Positions 24,792 through 38,918 of a stretch of 64,000 nucleotides of DNA are shown here, in pieces. Both the position numbers and the translations under genes were made by a program. The first letter of the stretch is position 1, and each line of letters opens with the position of its first letter. The stretch spans positions 7,864,162-7,928,161 of the forward strand of contig CM119271.1 of NCBI GenBank assembly GCA_051294375.1, in the 5' to 3' direction. The notes under the pieces are model-generated. The model made no database searches, was not told the origin of the DNA, and saw only the letters and a list, made by a program, of their open reading frames with translations. This DNA is from Paraspadella gotoi (Eukaryota; Animalia; Chaetognatha).

Positions 24792-26130
24792 AACGGATAA
24801 AATTGAGTATGATAAAGAAAGAAGAACAATTTGGTCTGAGAAAGAGTATAAGATACATTCATTTTCCGTCCTCCATTTTTATTCAATATTTAATTAAAGA
24901 TTCGAGAATTTTTTTTTTGCGATTTCATAATTTAATTTGCATGTATAGTGGAGCTTGGTGTGCCGTCTTGCGTCTCTAAGTTCGTTGGCATTCAAAGGAA
25001 GAAGAAACGATTTAGTTGGATGGGTATATATATATAATTATTATTATATATTATATATATTGATATATAGAAAGAGAGAGTGAGTGAGAAGAAAAACGAG
25101 GATTTAAAAAAGAAAAAGGGAAAGAATATTTGTATCATAATACTGTCAACCGGACGTCTTGGAGGAACAGCATACAAAACAAGATGGCCACTTGTATTTT
25201 CTTGCATCAGGCAAATACGCAAACAGCAAGCAGTGGCGCTCTCTCTCCTCTTTTCTTTTCTCTCTCGTAATTAACTGAATTTAAATTACATTTATACTGT
25301 AAATAATGTAGACTTAATACTTTTTGTTTGGTTTGTACAATAATTGTATGTACCGCTCTGGTAAACAAAGATGTTTTGTGTAATGGTGTTAACTGTCACA
25401 TTTTTGAGGCATTACAAATCAAAATCGAAAATCTCCTCCTCTCTCCGTCTGTCTCTCTCTCTCTCTCTCTCTCTTTGCTCTCTCCTCTCGTCTCTTCTCG
25501 CTCGATGGATGTCGTCTCGACGTTCATCAAGTCTCGGTCCGCCTCTCTCTCGCTCCCTACTCGATTGCGTCGACGGACTCAAATGCCATGCTGTTGTAAG
25601 ATGTGGCCGGAAAACTTAACTGTTTTACACAGTTTTAGTAATCGTATAATTTAGTAAGTTGAAGAAAAGTTATTTTTATTGAACGATTTGAATAGGGCTG
25701 AGCACTAGGAAAAAGTTTTAATCGTGATCAAAATATATTAATTAATTAAATTAAGTAAATATTTCCAGTCTGAAACTTGATTTCCCGCCTAATCACACTG
25801 ACTAGGGTCACACTATTCCTATCCACATACAAAATTCAAATTGGCGCAAGTCATGAATAGAGTATCAGGTGCAAGCGTAAGAGTGGCACGACGAAAGGAC
25901 GAAGATGACGGAGGAGAGGACAAGCGGAGGGACATAATTTTTTTGCATAATTCGATTTCAAATCAAGCCATAATCAAAGTCGGAATAAGTAATTCAAGTC
26001 AAACTCATTCAACTAATTTACCTGATGTAATACGTCTCCATCCCATAGAGTTTCAAATAAGGATAAGGCAGGCCAAGTCAAATCAATTTAGTCCAAAATT
26101 TTGTCAATTTTCAAGTCAACCATTTACATT

Positions 26131-26300
26131 CTGACGTAGACGGGCGTCTCGACTCCATACTTCTTCACGTCATGTATAGAGGAAATCCACGAATCCTTCG
26201 GGAAGTCGAGCGCGCAAGTCGAGGACGACCGAGGCCGCCTATGCGACGCCGTTTTGTTTGACAGACGTCGCCGAGAGAGCGCGCCGCGGCGAGGGGGCTC
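26131..26300 (-). other. Indel-damaged duplicate of the Ig1 N-terminal exon (probably assembly redundancy)
   Basis: Colinear with 29074-29239 but with many 1-nt indels and damaged splice sites; flanks also duplicated. Confidence 0.75.
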
Positions 26301-26386
26301 GCTGAGAGGGAGGGAGAGGGAAAAGGGGGATTAGGGTTCTATGGAGTTGCGTCTCTCTCTCTCTTCTCTCTGCTCTCTCTTCTCTC

Positions 26387-26419
<33 letters not shown>

Positions 26420-26976
26420 CTCTGCTCTCTCTCTCTCTCTCTCAATATATTAGTCAAATGGTGACAAAGACAGTTCGTCGGAATTAACCCAAACGAAATA
26501 TGACGAATGCAATGCACGACAGCATGAAGTTGAGAATGAACAACGTCATGGTGACAAATTCGACCAGATGAACGACAACGCCTACGAACAACGATGCGAC
26601 GACTTGAACGACAACGAACGGTTTGACAATACAATGATACGACGACGCCGGACAAGCGCCGCCTCTCTCGAAACTCGATTAGGCCGGCGACCGACTCGAA
26701 TTCGTCAGGGCGTTTGTTCGGAAGATGATAAATACAACGAGGGACGGCCGTTCTGTTGCCGTTGTCGTCGTTGTTGTTGTTGTTGTTGTTGTTGTTGTCG
26801 TTGGTTATTGTTTTCCTTTCCTCGCCATCATTTTTTATTTTCTTTTTTTTTTTTTTGGTCTTTTTCGCAATTTGTACTTTTTTTTCTTTTCTTTCTTTTT
26901 TTCTTTAGTCATTTCCCTTTGAAGAACGCGTTTTCACGTGTTCTCTCTCTCTTCTCTCTCTCTCTCTCCTTATTTT

Positions 26977-27014
<38 letters not shown>

Positions 27015-27023
27015 ATCTGCTCC

Positions 27024-27066
<43 letters not shown>

Positions 27067-27301
27067 CCTCTCTCCTCTCTCTCTTCTTCCATTCATTTGT
27101 TCCCTTTCATCTTTTTTTTTTCCTTTTGCGAATCAATAAGTTTAATGATTACGTAAAGGAAATTAGCTTGTACATAAAATGTAGTTCTGGGTTTAACTCG
27201 GCCCTTCCCGCACAATAAGACATTAAGTGCTAAACAAAGTCGATCAAACTTTTCAAGAAAATTTGCCGTTCGTTCTAAAAAAAGCAAATCCGGTTTAAAA
27301 C

Positions 27302-27356
<55 letters not shown>

Positions 27357-27574
27357 GAGAGAGAGGGGGGAGGAAAAGAGCAGAGAGAGGGAGGAAGAGA
27401 GAGAGAGAGAGAGATCTACTAGATTCCTTCTCAAGGTTTTCAAGACGTCGCTCAATTTCTCCAGCGTCGGACGATCTCGTCAAACGGCGAAACCGGAACT
27501 CGACTTCGCGCTTTCGCGCGCTCTGAATTTTATCGGGCGCCACGGAGCGAAATCTTCGGGCGGCGTCGTTCGTC

Positions 27575-28090
27575 GGTCGGCGTTCGTCGTTCGTCGTTCA
27601 GTCGTTCGTTCGTTCGTCGTCATCTTTCGTCGTCGTTGTCCTCATCGTTCTTTGTTCGTCGTCATCGTTTGTCGTTGTCGTTCGGTCGTTATAGTTCGTC
27701 GTCATAGGTGTCGTCGTTCGTCGTCATCGTTCGTCGTCATCAGTTCGTCGTCATCGTTCGTCGTCAATCAGTTCGTCGTCATCGTCCGTCGCATCGTTCG
27801 TCGTCATCGTTCGTCGTCTCGTTCGTCCGTCATCGTTCGTCGTCATCGTTCGTCGTCATCGTTCGGTCGTCATCGTTCGGTCGTCATCGTTCGTCGTCAT
27901 CGTTCGTCCGTCATCGTTCGTCGTCATCGTTCGTCGTCATCGTTCGTCGTCATCCGTTCGTCGTCAATCGTTCGTCGTCATCGTGGTTCGTCGTCATCGT
28001 TCGTCGTCTTCGTTCAATCGTCAATGTTTCGTACGTCATCTGTTCGTCATCGTTCGTCGTCATCGGTTCGTCGTCTTTCGTCGTCGTTCT
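27575..28090. repeat. 13-bp satellite (CGTTCGTCGTCAT)n
   Basis: Tandem units visible; the same locus is N-masked at 36268-36515. Confidence 0.9.
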
Positions 28091-28542
28091 TTCATTACGA
28101 TTAACTGTCAAACTGCCATTACTAATAGATTGTCTTCAGTTGCGTTAATTTGTAAAATGTCGAGATCGCTTGACGCGGCTGTTTTGATTTTTTTTTTGAA
28201 TGTAGACTAGAAGTTAAAAAAAAAGGCAAGAAAATCCCAAAAAATGGCCGCGTCCTACACTTTTTTTAACTTATCGTATGAGAAGAGTGAGATTTTTCCG
28301 AGTCAACGGGAATAGTTGGGACGGAGATCAGAGGGAGAGAAAGAAAGATAGAAAACATAGAAAGAAGAAAAACAGAAGAGAAAATAGAAGGAAACGAGCG
28401 AAAAAAAGATGCGCAATAAAAAAAGATAGAAAAAATATATTACAGAAAAAGAAACCGAAGGGACATAAAAAAAGACATGAAAAAGAAAGAAAGAAATAAG
28501 CGTCAAGGACGCGGGTGAGAGAGAGAGAGGAGAGAGAGAGAC

Positions 28543-28579
<37 letters not shown>

Positions 28580-28586
28580 AGAGGAG

Positions 28587-28618
<32 letters not shown>

Positions 28619-29073
28619 AAGACGAGAACTGCGGGACCGAAAAAGTGGTGCGAAAGAAACAAAAAAAAAAAAAGAAAAGGAAAGAACGGCTAGACGCAAT
28701 TGGGCNNNNNNNNNNNNNNNNNNNNNNNNNCTTAATCACACACTTTCCTACCCACATACAAAATTTCAAGCCAATCGCCACATTCACTCATAAGTAATAG
28801 GCGTTCAAAACTAAGGTGGGACGGACGAAAGGACGAAAGAATGGAGGGACAGACAGACAGACAGACGGAGGGACATAATTTTTTTGGCATAATTCGATGT
28901 TCAAATCAAAGCCATATCAAAGTCAGGAATAAGTTAATTCAAGTCAAACCTCATTCAACTAATTTACCTGATGTATACGTCTCCATCCCATAGAGTTCAA
29001 ATCAAGACAGGCCAGGCCAAGTCAAAGCAAATTTAGTCCAAAATTTTGTCAATTTTCAAGTCAACCAATTTAC

Positions 29074-29239
29074 CTGACGTAGACGGGCGTCTCGACCCCA
29101 TACTTCTTCCACGTCATGGTATAAGGAATCCACGATCCTTCGGGGAAGTCGAGCGCGCAGTCGAGGACGACCGAGGCGCCTATCGACGCCGTTTTGTTGA
29201 CGACGTCGCCGAGAGAGCGCGCCGCGGCAGAGGGGGCTC
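29074..29239 (-). CDS. tutl: Exon of turtle/IGSF9-like gene: N-terminal half of Ig1
   Basis: Acceptor ccccctctcag, donor AG|gtaaat; 166 nt, phase 1-2, open: APSAAARSLGDVVNKTASIGASVVLDCALDFPEGSWIPYTMTWKKYGVETPVYV. Contains the B-strand Cys, C-strand Trp and a turtle-like C..xFP....PY...W.K.G...P[IV]Y pattern. Missed by the ORF track (no ATG-led ORF). Confidence 0.85.
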
Positions 29240-32200
29240 CTGAGAGGGGGGAGAGGCACGGGAGCAGGGCGGAAAAGGCGGATTCAGGGTCTCAATAGAC
29301 GAGTTTGCGGTACTCGTTCCTTCCTTCTACTCATCCAGCGATCTTTATTTCTCTTTCATCAACCAAACTTTTTCAAATTAACAATAAAAATCCACAAATT
29401 ACAGTAATCTACACTACTCAACAAAAATCCTATTTCACGTGCTCCATTCGTCTCTCTCGGGTCCAAAGCTCAACTATCCATCGCCAATCATAAGCTCTTA
29501 TGGAGAGTCTCACCTCCTGCGAATCTTCACCGATTTGATTATAGTCGAGTCGCCTCGGGCCACAGAAATTAAAAATTATCTATCGTTTCGCAGGAAACTA
29601 CTTTTCCATTTGGTCGCCGGGATCATTCCCTCGGTCTGCATTGGACTTGTGGACATTTGAACCTTTGATACTTATGTTTGACGACGGGACAACGGTTGAC
29701 ATCCGTCAGCTGCGTTGATCAACCCTTCATATACCTCGAGTACAACGCGATCAAAGGGTTGCATCCAAAAAGACGACGCTCGCGCAATCGACGGCGCCCG
29801 AGAATTGAGCGTTGCCACCAAACGAGATATGACCAGATGCAGATGACGACGAGAGACCAAAATCGGAGAGTTGAACGAATAGACAAAAGCATCCGGAGGT
29901 GACAAATTCGAACGAACCAAAAAAAGACGACAAAAATGCGTACTGTCGCCTTGGCGCAATGAAGACGCGTGACTCGGGGACCGATAGTCGATGTACCCAA
30001 CGCTGAGCTAACGAGCGAGTTTAAACGGCGAGAGGATGGGACGATCGTGGTCGATCTTTTTGCGCCGCGGCCGCACTTCGAGCTATTCCACTAATCATAG
30101 GTCGACCGAACAGCGCTTGAACGACAAACGGACGTTGACCAAATACAAATGATGAACGACGACAGTGGTCACAGTGAGCCCGAACAAGGCAGGGTTCTCG
30201 CCTCCGGACATGTTCCCTCGGGACAGGACTCCGATACAAGGCGAGGCAGAGATTGACAGACGTGCACCCCGAGCCCTGTCTACATCGCAACCCGCTACCC
30301 TCTTCCTCTGCAGTTCGCGTCCGTTCTGCCCGCCATTCCCTTTCGCTTTTGCCTCGAGCTTGTCTACCACTATTTTTTCTCGCCCTCCGAAATAGTTGCA
30401 CCTTCGGGTATCCTCAGAGCTGCGTGTTTCTACGCATTCACTTATTTCTCGCCGGTACATTTGGGCGATCTGACCACCACGACCTCATCTCGGAAATGCC
30501 ACTTTGGTGGCAGACAGTTTCACTCAAGAGTCACCACGTCCCGGAGTCGAGTCCTGTTCTATCTCGGGGTTCCCCAAACACTGCCTTAGCGATCCTTTTT
30601 ATGTCACCTGGAACCCTCTCACACCCTGATTCACCATCGGACCATCTTGAATCCCTCCAGCTACATAAAATTGTTGAACCGGCCGGCGAGAATTCTGATC
30701 AATTGGTTGCCTCCGCACTTACCCTTATGTTCTTCTTGCCGGCGCGGTTAAGCTTTCGCATTCTACCGTTCTTATCCTCCCTGTCACCCTCCTTGGGTCT
30801 TCCATAACCCCTAAGAGTTCCTGCTTACCCGTAAGATGTACAAGAAGTCGGGTCCGTTCGTGCGCTGTTGAGCGCGTAATAGAACTTGCCCTCGGCTCGT
30901 CGGCTCCTTAACCCTCGCTTCGATGATGGGGGATTCTGTATGGCGATAAACTCCTGTTCCTTCCATTTGCCCTCTTGTCGCGATAATGAAACTACCTATT
31001 TCCGGTGAGGTCGATTATATTTCCTTGGGAGGGACGGAGGAGGAATTGAAGACGAATGACGAGAAAAAGAACGTGGGAAACGAGGGACGGGTAACGACGA
31101 CGATCGACGACGACGACGATGATGTTGAAAGATGATGATGTGAATGATGATGATGAATTGATGAATGATGATGAATGATTATGGACGACGACAGCAAAGA
31201 AAGCGATGAAAATTTGAAGACGACGAACCACCGATGATGATGAATATGATTAATGACACACAGGAAAGAAGAACCGATGAATCGACGAACGACGGACGAA
31301 TGATGATAGATGGATGATTATGACGAACGACCAGCAAGAAGAAGACGATGATGATTTGACGACGACAACGACGACGGATGGATGATGACCTTGATGAGTG
31401 ATGAATGATTGCTTGTACAGATGATTGATGATGATAAATGATCATAGGGTTTGTTCATGGGTGATTACGAGAGTACAAGCTGACCGAAGAACGGCAGCGA
31501 AGAAATCTGGAAAAGACGAAAAATGGGAAAATTTACGTCCCAAATCGACAAGAAATATTCAATCTTGACCTACAAAAATAGCCAGATGATTATATGTCGT
31601 CTAGCCGATGAATGAGAAAAAAACTTTTAAAAAAAACATTACTACATAACTAGAATAACTACTATAGTTATAGGTTGTTAAAAGCTGGTAGACATATTCA
31701 AATAAAGTTAAAACGTAAAATGAAAATGCTTAGGAGGCAAAATCTCGATAAGAACAGAGTACGAATAACAACATTAATTTGCAATTGAATAATGTTAGCG
31801 AGGGATTTGACGAAGACGCAGTTTGACCACTAACACAAACAACAACAAACAACGAAGGAAAAGGGAAATGGCAGTAGGTCGGCCTCTGCCATTATACTAT
31901 GCTCCTTTTTCGAGAGGCCATCTCTTTCTCATCTCTGGAGCTTTTTGGCCCTAAGCCAATAGCCCTGTCTTCCTTCCCTTCCTCCTGTTTCCCGCCTCCC
32001 CATTTTCCCCATTTCCCCTCCAACGCCCAGCGGCCCGATTTCCTGTACTCTGCTGCGCCCCCGCCCCCCCGCCTCCCCCCCACTGCCCCCCTCCTTCTCC
32101 GATGCTTTCGACCACTTGACCGCGCCACTTTTCTTTTCATAGTTGGAACGACGAGATTTGTCCACCTCAACTTGTTTGTACATTCGCGCGGCTGCTCCGT

Positions 32201-33292
32201 TACATCTTTCGACCCCTTTATATACACTTCCGCTCTTCACGCCTCTCAGTCTGACCTTCCCTTTATATCGCGCCCGTCCTTCCGGTTTTTTTCTTTTCAT
32301 ACCTCCCATACAAGGCTCGTAAATGCTCTTTTAATTTGGTAAACATTGGGTAAAATTTGTTTTTTTTTCTTCATATTTATCATTTCTTTTCCCTACATTT
32401 TTTTTTTTTTTTAATTAAAGACGCCTCTTCTATCTTCTCGTTTAAAGCTTAACAGTATAATTACATGCTGCACCACGTCTCTTCGTTATTTCCAACATTT
32501 TCTACCTCACTCTCTTCTTCTATTCTCTCTCTTTTTTCCGCCTATTCTCGTCTTTTTCTTTTTCTTTTTTTTTTTTTTGTTTTTTCTCTCTTTCCTTTTT
32601 TTTCTCTCTCGACCTTTCATCGTTTTTTTCTCTTATTATTTATCTTTCTTTTTCTTATTTCATCATCTTCTTTTGTCTCTATTATATATTTTTTAATCTG
32701 TTTCTATCTATTTTTTTTTTTTTTTTTTTTTTATGGGTATGCGCTTATCCTTACTTCCTTCTCTCTTTCTTCTCTTTTCTATTCTTCATTTTTTTTATTG
32801 GTTTCTCTTCTTTTTATATTCTCTTTCGGCTTTCGTCTCTCTGCTCTCTCTCTTTCTACTCTCTCTCGTCTATCTCGTCTCCTCCTCTCATCTCTTTTTT
32901 CTCTCTCTCTTCTCCTCTTCTCTTCTGTGTTCTGCTCTGAAAAGAGGGAAATTCCTGGAAAAGGACGAGAGAATTTAAAAGGTTATGGGAAGGATATGGA
33001 AGAAGCGGGTAAATTAAGGAAAAGTTATTGATGTTAATTTTGATTAAGGGATTGTTTTTTTTTTTTTTTTGAGTGTTTTTAGATTTTTTCTTATTTTTTT
33101 TTATTTTTCTTTTTTTTTTCTTAAAATTTTTTTTTAACTATAACCTATTTTTTATTTTTTTTTTTTTAGAAAAATTGTTTTTAATAATTTTTTTTTGTTA
33201 AGATTTTTTTATGATTTTTTTTTAATTTGATTTGAATTTTTTTTTTTTTTAGGAAATATTTTTTTTTTTTAATTTTTTTTTTGATTTTTTTT

Positions 33293-33327
<35 letters not shown>

Positions 33328-35131
33328 TTTTTTTTTTTTAATTTTATATTTTTTTTTTGATTTTTTTTTTTTTTTTTTTTCTTTTCTCATTAATTTTTTT
33401 TTATTTCGTCTCTGTTAGTTTTTCGCAATTTGGTTCGTTTTTCTTTTGTTTTCTTTTTTTCCTTACCTTTTTTACTTTCCATTTAACTTATTCTTTGTTC
33501 CTTTTTCAAGTTTTTTTTCTCCTTATTTTTTTTTTACTTTCTTTTCTGCTTTTTCCATACCATTCATTTTGCCTTTTGTTTTTTTTTCCTTACAACTCCC
33601 CTACTATTTTTTCTATTTCTTTCTATTTTTCTTTGTAAGTCCTCCAACTCTCCTAATCATCTCAAGACAAATTCCTTTCCACTTCCTATCGCCCTCTTCT
33701 TCCTCTGCCATTCACTTTAATTTCCCTTCTCTTTCCGCCATTCCCCGTGCTTTTTCATCTCTCCGATAATGTATATTTCTTAACCTTTCCATCGTGTATC
33801 CTCATTCGACAGTGCGACTCGCTTCCGCCATTATGGTGAAGGAATCTACGGTAACTCGGCCGGAGAGGAGAGAGTATGGTCCTTAACTGTTCCTCTTCGC
33901 CTTCTCCCCTTTTCCAATTTGCTTGATTAATCGACATTACTTTCTTCCCTTCCCCATACCCTCTGCCTCTCCACCTTCCTCCACTCCATTTGCGAAAAAA
34001 CCTGTCGGACCCTCCGAGACCCTCCTCAGCCACTTCCCCGCTGCTCTCAGGACAAACCTCTGGGGCTTCTATTTTACGTTGTGCTGCATTTTCAAATAAA
34101 TCAGATGGACGTGTCGGTTCTCGAAGCTACTTTTCTCCTCCCTTTCTCGTCCCGTTTCTTAGTTCTTCAGTCATTCAAAAAGTACACACAAAATACGGGA
34201 CCCAAGTATCGTTAAAGCAAAGAACTCTATAGGTGAGACCAGCAAAGACAGTCCCAACAAATTAAGAAGCAATTTCGAAATCGTACAGACAGACAATGAC
34301 AGACGAAACAGGACGACCGTGGGCGAGAAGCGACCGAAATGGGGGATACCGGATCAAATGAAGGGCGGACGATAACGGACGACAGAGCGGAGCGCTGACG
34401 ACGACGGACGACCGAACACGACGAATAAAAAAAGCGCATGATTCACGTTGATTTTATTTGGGTCGGAACCAGCAAGATGTTTCACCAGCGGACGCAGGCA
34501 ATAAAAATTTGCGTCTTTCCAGCTCTCATTTCTCACGATATGCGTCATGGCAAAGTCGACGCTCTGCTAGACAAAATTTCGTAATTGGAAATAACCTGGG
34601 AGTTAAAAAAAGAAAAATCTAAAAACACGAATCGCCATTCGGCCAATTGTAATCGTGAAATTCCGCAAGCACCACAGCAAGAATCGGGAAAAATAAAATG
34701 TTGAACTGAGTGAAAGAAAACAATATAACAATCAATAAATAATTATTAAATAACTGTAGCTTGCGTTAATCGAACGAAACACTTATGTTCTCGTCAAAAA
34801 AGAGTAGTTTAATTTCAACCACCCCGGGAGCTGGAATCAAAAGACTTTAACCTAGCAATTAACCTCGACTCTCTAAAACAATACTGCCCGTTGAGACTCA
34901 ATAACCATAAGGAGCCTTGGCGGTCCGGACATTCAGCGTTCAAGACCAACTGAAGCGCGTGAAGCGTTTAATGAGCAACATTTTCGCTCGAGGTCATCGA
35001 CACGTAATGAAACATAAAACTTGATAGTGAGACAGATGTGTGACGAGCAGAGAGGAGAAAGAGATTAGAGAGTCAGAGACGGAGGAGAGAGAGAGAGAGA
35101 GAGGAGNNNNNNNNNNNNNNNNNNNNNNNNN

Positions 35132-36763
35132 CGAGAATTAACAAAACGAATATGACGAATGCAATGACGACAGCAATGAAGTTGACGATGACAACGACAT
35201 GGGTGACAAATTCGACCACGATGACGACAACGCTGACGACAACGATGCCGACGACTTGAACGACAACGACGTTGACAAATACAATGATGACGACGACGCC
35301 GACAAGCGCCGCCCTCCCTCGGAAACTCGATAGGCGGCGACCGACTCGAATCGTCAGGGCGTTTGTTCGGAAGATGATAAATGACAACGAGGGACGCCGT
35401 TCTGTTGCCGTTGTCGTCGTTGTTGTNNNNNNNNNNNNNNNNNNNNNNNNNNNNNNNNNNNNNNNNNNNNNNNNNNNNNNNNNNNNNNNNNNNNNNNNNN
35501 NNNNNNNNNNNNNNNNNNNNNNNNNNNNNNNNNNNNNNNNNNNNNNNNNNNNNNNNNNNNNNNNNNNNNNNNNNNNNNNNNNNNNNNNNNNNNNNNNNNN
35601 NNNNNNNNNNNNNNNNNNNNNNNNNNNNNNNNNNNNNNNNNNNNNNNNNNNNNNNNNNNNNNNNNNNNNNNNNNNNNNNNNNNNNNNNNNNNNNNNNNNN
35701 NNNNNNNNNNNNNNNNNNNNNNNNNNNNNNNNNNNNNNNNNNNNNNNNNNNNNNNNNNNNNNNNNNNNNNNNNNNNNNNNNNNNNNNNNNNTTCTGGGTT
35801 TAACTCGGGCCCTTCCCCGCAACAATAAGACATTAAAGTGCTAAACAAAGTCGATCAAACTTTCAAGAAAAAANNNNNNNNNNNNNNNNNNNNNNNNNNN
35901 NNNNNNNNNNNNNNNNNNNNNNNNNNNNNNNNNNNNNNNNNNNNNNNNNNNNNNNNNNNNNNNNNNNNNNNNNNNNNNNNNNNNNNNNNNNNNNNNNNNN
36001 NNNNNNNNNNNNNNNNNNNNNNNNNNNNNNNNNNNNNNNNNNNNNNNNNNNNNNNNNNNNNNNNNNNNNNNNNNNNNNNNNNNNNNNNNNNNNNNNNNNN
36101 NNNNNNNNNNNNNNNNNNNNNNAAGGTTTTCAAGACGTCGCTCAATTTCTCCAGCGTTCGGACGATCTCGTCAAACGGCGAAACCGGAACTCGACTTCCG
36201 CTTTTCGCGCCTCATGAATTTTATCGGGCGCCACGGAGCGAAATCTTCCGGGCGGCCGTTGTTCGTCNNNNNNNNNNNNNNNNNNNNNNNNNNNNNNNNN
36301 NNNNNNNNNNNNNNNNNNNNNNNNNNNNNNNNNNNNNNNNNNNNNNNNNNNNNNNNNNNNNNNNNNNNNNNNNNNNNNNNNNNNNNNNNNNNNNNNNNNN
36401 NNNNNNNNNNNNNNNNNNNNNNNNNNNNNNNNNNNNNNNNNNNNNNNNNNNNNNNNNNNNNNNNNNNNNNNNNNNNNNNNNNNNNNNNNNNNNNNNNNNN
36501 NNNNNNNNNNNNNNNCGTCGTCTTTCGTCGTCGTTCTTCATTAAAACGATTAACTGTCAAACGGCCATTACTAATAGATTGTCTTCAGTTCGTTAATTTG
36601 TCAAATGTCGAGTCGCTTGACGCGGCTGTTTAGATTTTTTTTTTTGAATGACGCTAGAGTTAAAAAAAAAAAAGCAAGAAAAATCCAAAATGGCCGCCGT
36701 CCTCCTTTTTTACTTTATGTATCGAGAAGAGTGAGAAATTTTCCGAGTCAACGGGAATAGTTG
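35132..36763. repeat. Gapped second version of ~26480-28320
   Basis: Islands between N runs match 26480-26780, 27185-27260, 27433-27570 and 28070-28320. Confidence 0.85.
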
Positions 36764-38918
36764 NNNNNNNNNNNNNNNNNNNNNNNNNNNNNNNNNNNNN
36801 NNNNNNNNNNNNNNNNNNNNNNNNNNNNNNNNNNNNNNNNNNNNNNNNNNNNNNNNNNNNNNNNNNNNNNNNNNNNNNNNNNNNNNNNNNNNNNNNNNNN
36901 NNNNNNNNNNNNNNNNNNNNNNNNNNNNNNNNNNNNNNNNNNNNNNNNNNNNNNNNNNNNNNNNNNNNNNNNNNNNNNNNNNNNNNNNNNNNNNGGCCAT
37001 AAGATCTCTCACTCGAAACGAGAGGCACTCGAAAGACTCGGGGACCCCGATCCCGTTTCGGGCTGCGGGGCCTTTAGTGCTACGGGGCTGCGCGGCTGGG
37101 CTCGGGGCGTCGAAGCGTTCAATGGTATTTGTTTCCTGCGCTCGACGGATGCTTGAAGTTTCAGGACGCATCAAAATCTTTTTTTTTTTCGCGACGCATC
37201 TGAGATCGTGTGACGCACAAGAGCCGTGGCGCTTTAAGGTTCTAGAACCCAGAGCGGCTTAAAGCTTGGCACCGGATGGCACCGCCTGGCACCGCTTGGC
37301 ACCNNNNNNNNNNNNNNNNNNNNNNNNNNNNNNNNNNNNNNNNNNNNNNNNNNNNNNNNNNNNNNNNNNNNNNNNNNNNNNNNNNNNNNNNNNNNNNNNN
37401 NNNNNNNNNNNNNNNNNNNNNNNNNNNNNNNNNNNNNNNNNNNNNNNNNNNNNNNNNNNNNNNNNNNNNNNNNNNNNNNNNNNNNNNNNNNNNNNNNNNN
37501 NNNNNNNNNNNNNNNNNNNNNNNNNNNNNNNNNNNNNNNNNNNNNCTCATTAGACATTCTCTTGCCTTCTTTAATCTGTCCCTAAAGAATTTAAACCCTT
37601 CTAGAGGCAAAGTAAAAATTGAAGGAGGAAAATCCATTCTTGGAAAAAAAAAGGAGAGGAAAAAGAAAGGAAAGGAAAAATAAAGGAAAGGGAGAAAGAA
37701 AAAAAGAGCAGAAATTAAGAAGATAATGGAGAAACTGGAATGGACAAACTTGGGCGTGGGAGAGCGAGCAAAAAATGGTGGNNNNNNNNNNNNNNNNNNN
37801 NNNNNNNNNNNNNNNNNNNNNNNNNNNNNNNNNNNNNNNNNNNNNNNNNNNNNNNNNNNNNNNNNNNNNNNNNNNNNNNNNNNNNNNNNNNNNNNNNNNN
37901 NNNNNNNNNNNNNNNNNNNNNNNNNNNNNNNNNNNNNNNNNNNNNNNNNNNNNNNNNNNNNNNNNNNNNNNNNNNNNNNNNNNNNNNNNNNNNNNNNNNN
38001 NNNNNNNNNNNNNNNTTTTTTAAGGGGAAAACGAGGTAAGTATCTCCGCGATTTTAATGGCGCCGAGATCTCAATGAATATTTATGAGAATATTTCAATT
38101 CGCGATGTCAAAGTAAAACGAACTGGAATCATGACTTCGAAATGAGACAATTTTGAGATTTTAATTTCTTAGGTTTGTTGTGGTTAATTAGACCTTAAGA
38201 AGCCCTATCTGCAGGATCTTAGAAAACATCAAGGTCATCTCTATTGAGTCTTATTTTTTTTCTGATATCGTCCGAACGGTCATATTTGGATTCGTCGTTA
38301 GTATAAGCGCTTTTATTCGAATGCAAGATGGTTGATTCAGTACAATTCAGTACGATATGTTATCTTTATCATCATTTTTGTCATCGTCGTCATCAACTCT
38401 GTCAGTTTCCTAAGCTTCGATTTCGTGAATGCTTTCGATTCTTTATCATCAATCGCAAAATTTTCGGAATAAAATTTGTTATTTCGTCGTGGTCGTCGTC
38501 GTGGTCGTCGTCGTCGTCGTCGTCGTCCTCGTCTTCATCACCAAATCGTCAATTATCTTTTACTAGTCAGTCGCCTTTGTCTTTTTAACTGCGTCACATC
38601 AACTGTGTCTGTAAGAGATAGATTCTTAGAACTATACTAAATGATATTGAGATTTCATCATTCTCATTTGCATATAGTAGTAAATCATTTTAAGTCCAAT
38701 TAATTAATGTTCTGTTTTATTATTAGGCATATTTTTGGATTTTACAATCCTTTTCAATATAGTTTAGTAGTTGTGTAGATTCATACATAATTTTGTGATA
38801 ATTGCATAAGTGATAAGTGATAAGTTGAGAAGTTGAGAAGTTGTGATAAGTTGCATTTCGTCGTCGTAATAGTCGTCGTCGTTGTCNNNNNNNNNNCTAT
38901 TTAGGTAAGTTGTTAAAT

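Noticed and set aside
26131-29239. Two copies of the N-terminal half-Ig exon suggesting Dscam-like mutually exclusive exons
   Set aside because: The copies differ almost only by 1-nt indels, flanking introns are duplicated too, and a 25-N gap separates them, pointing to assembly redundancy.
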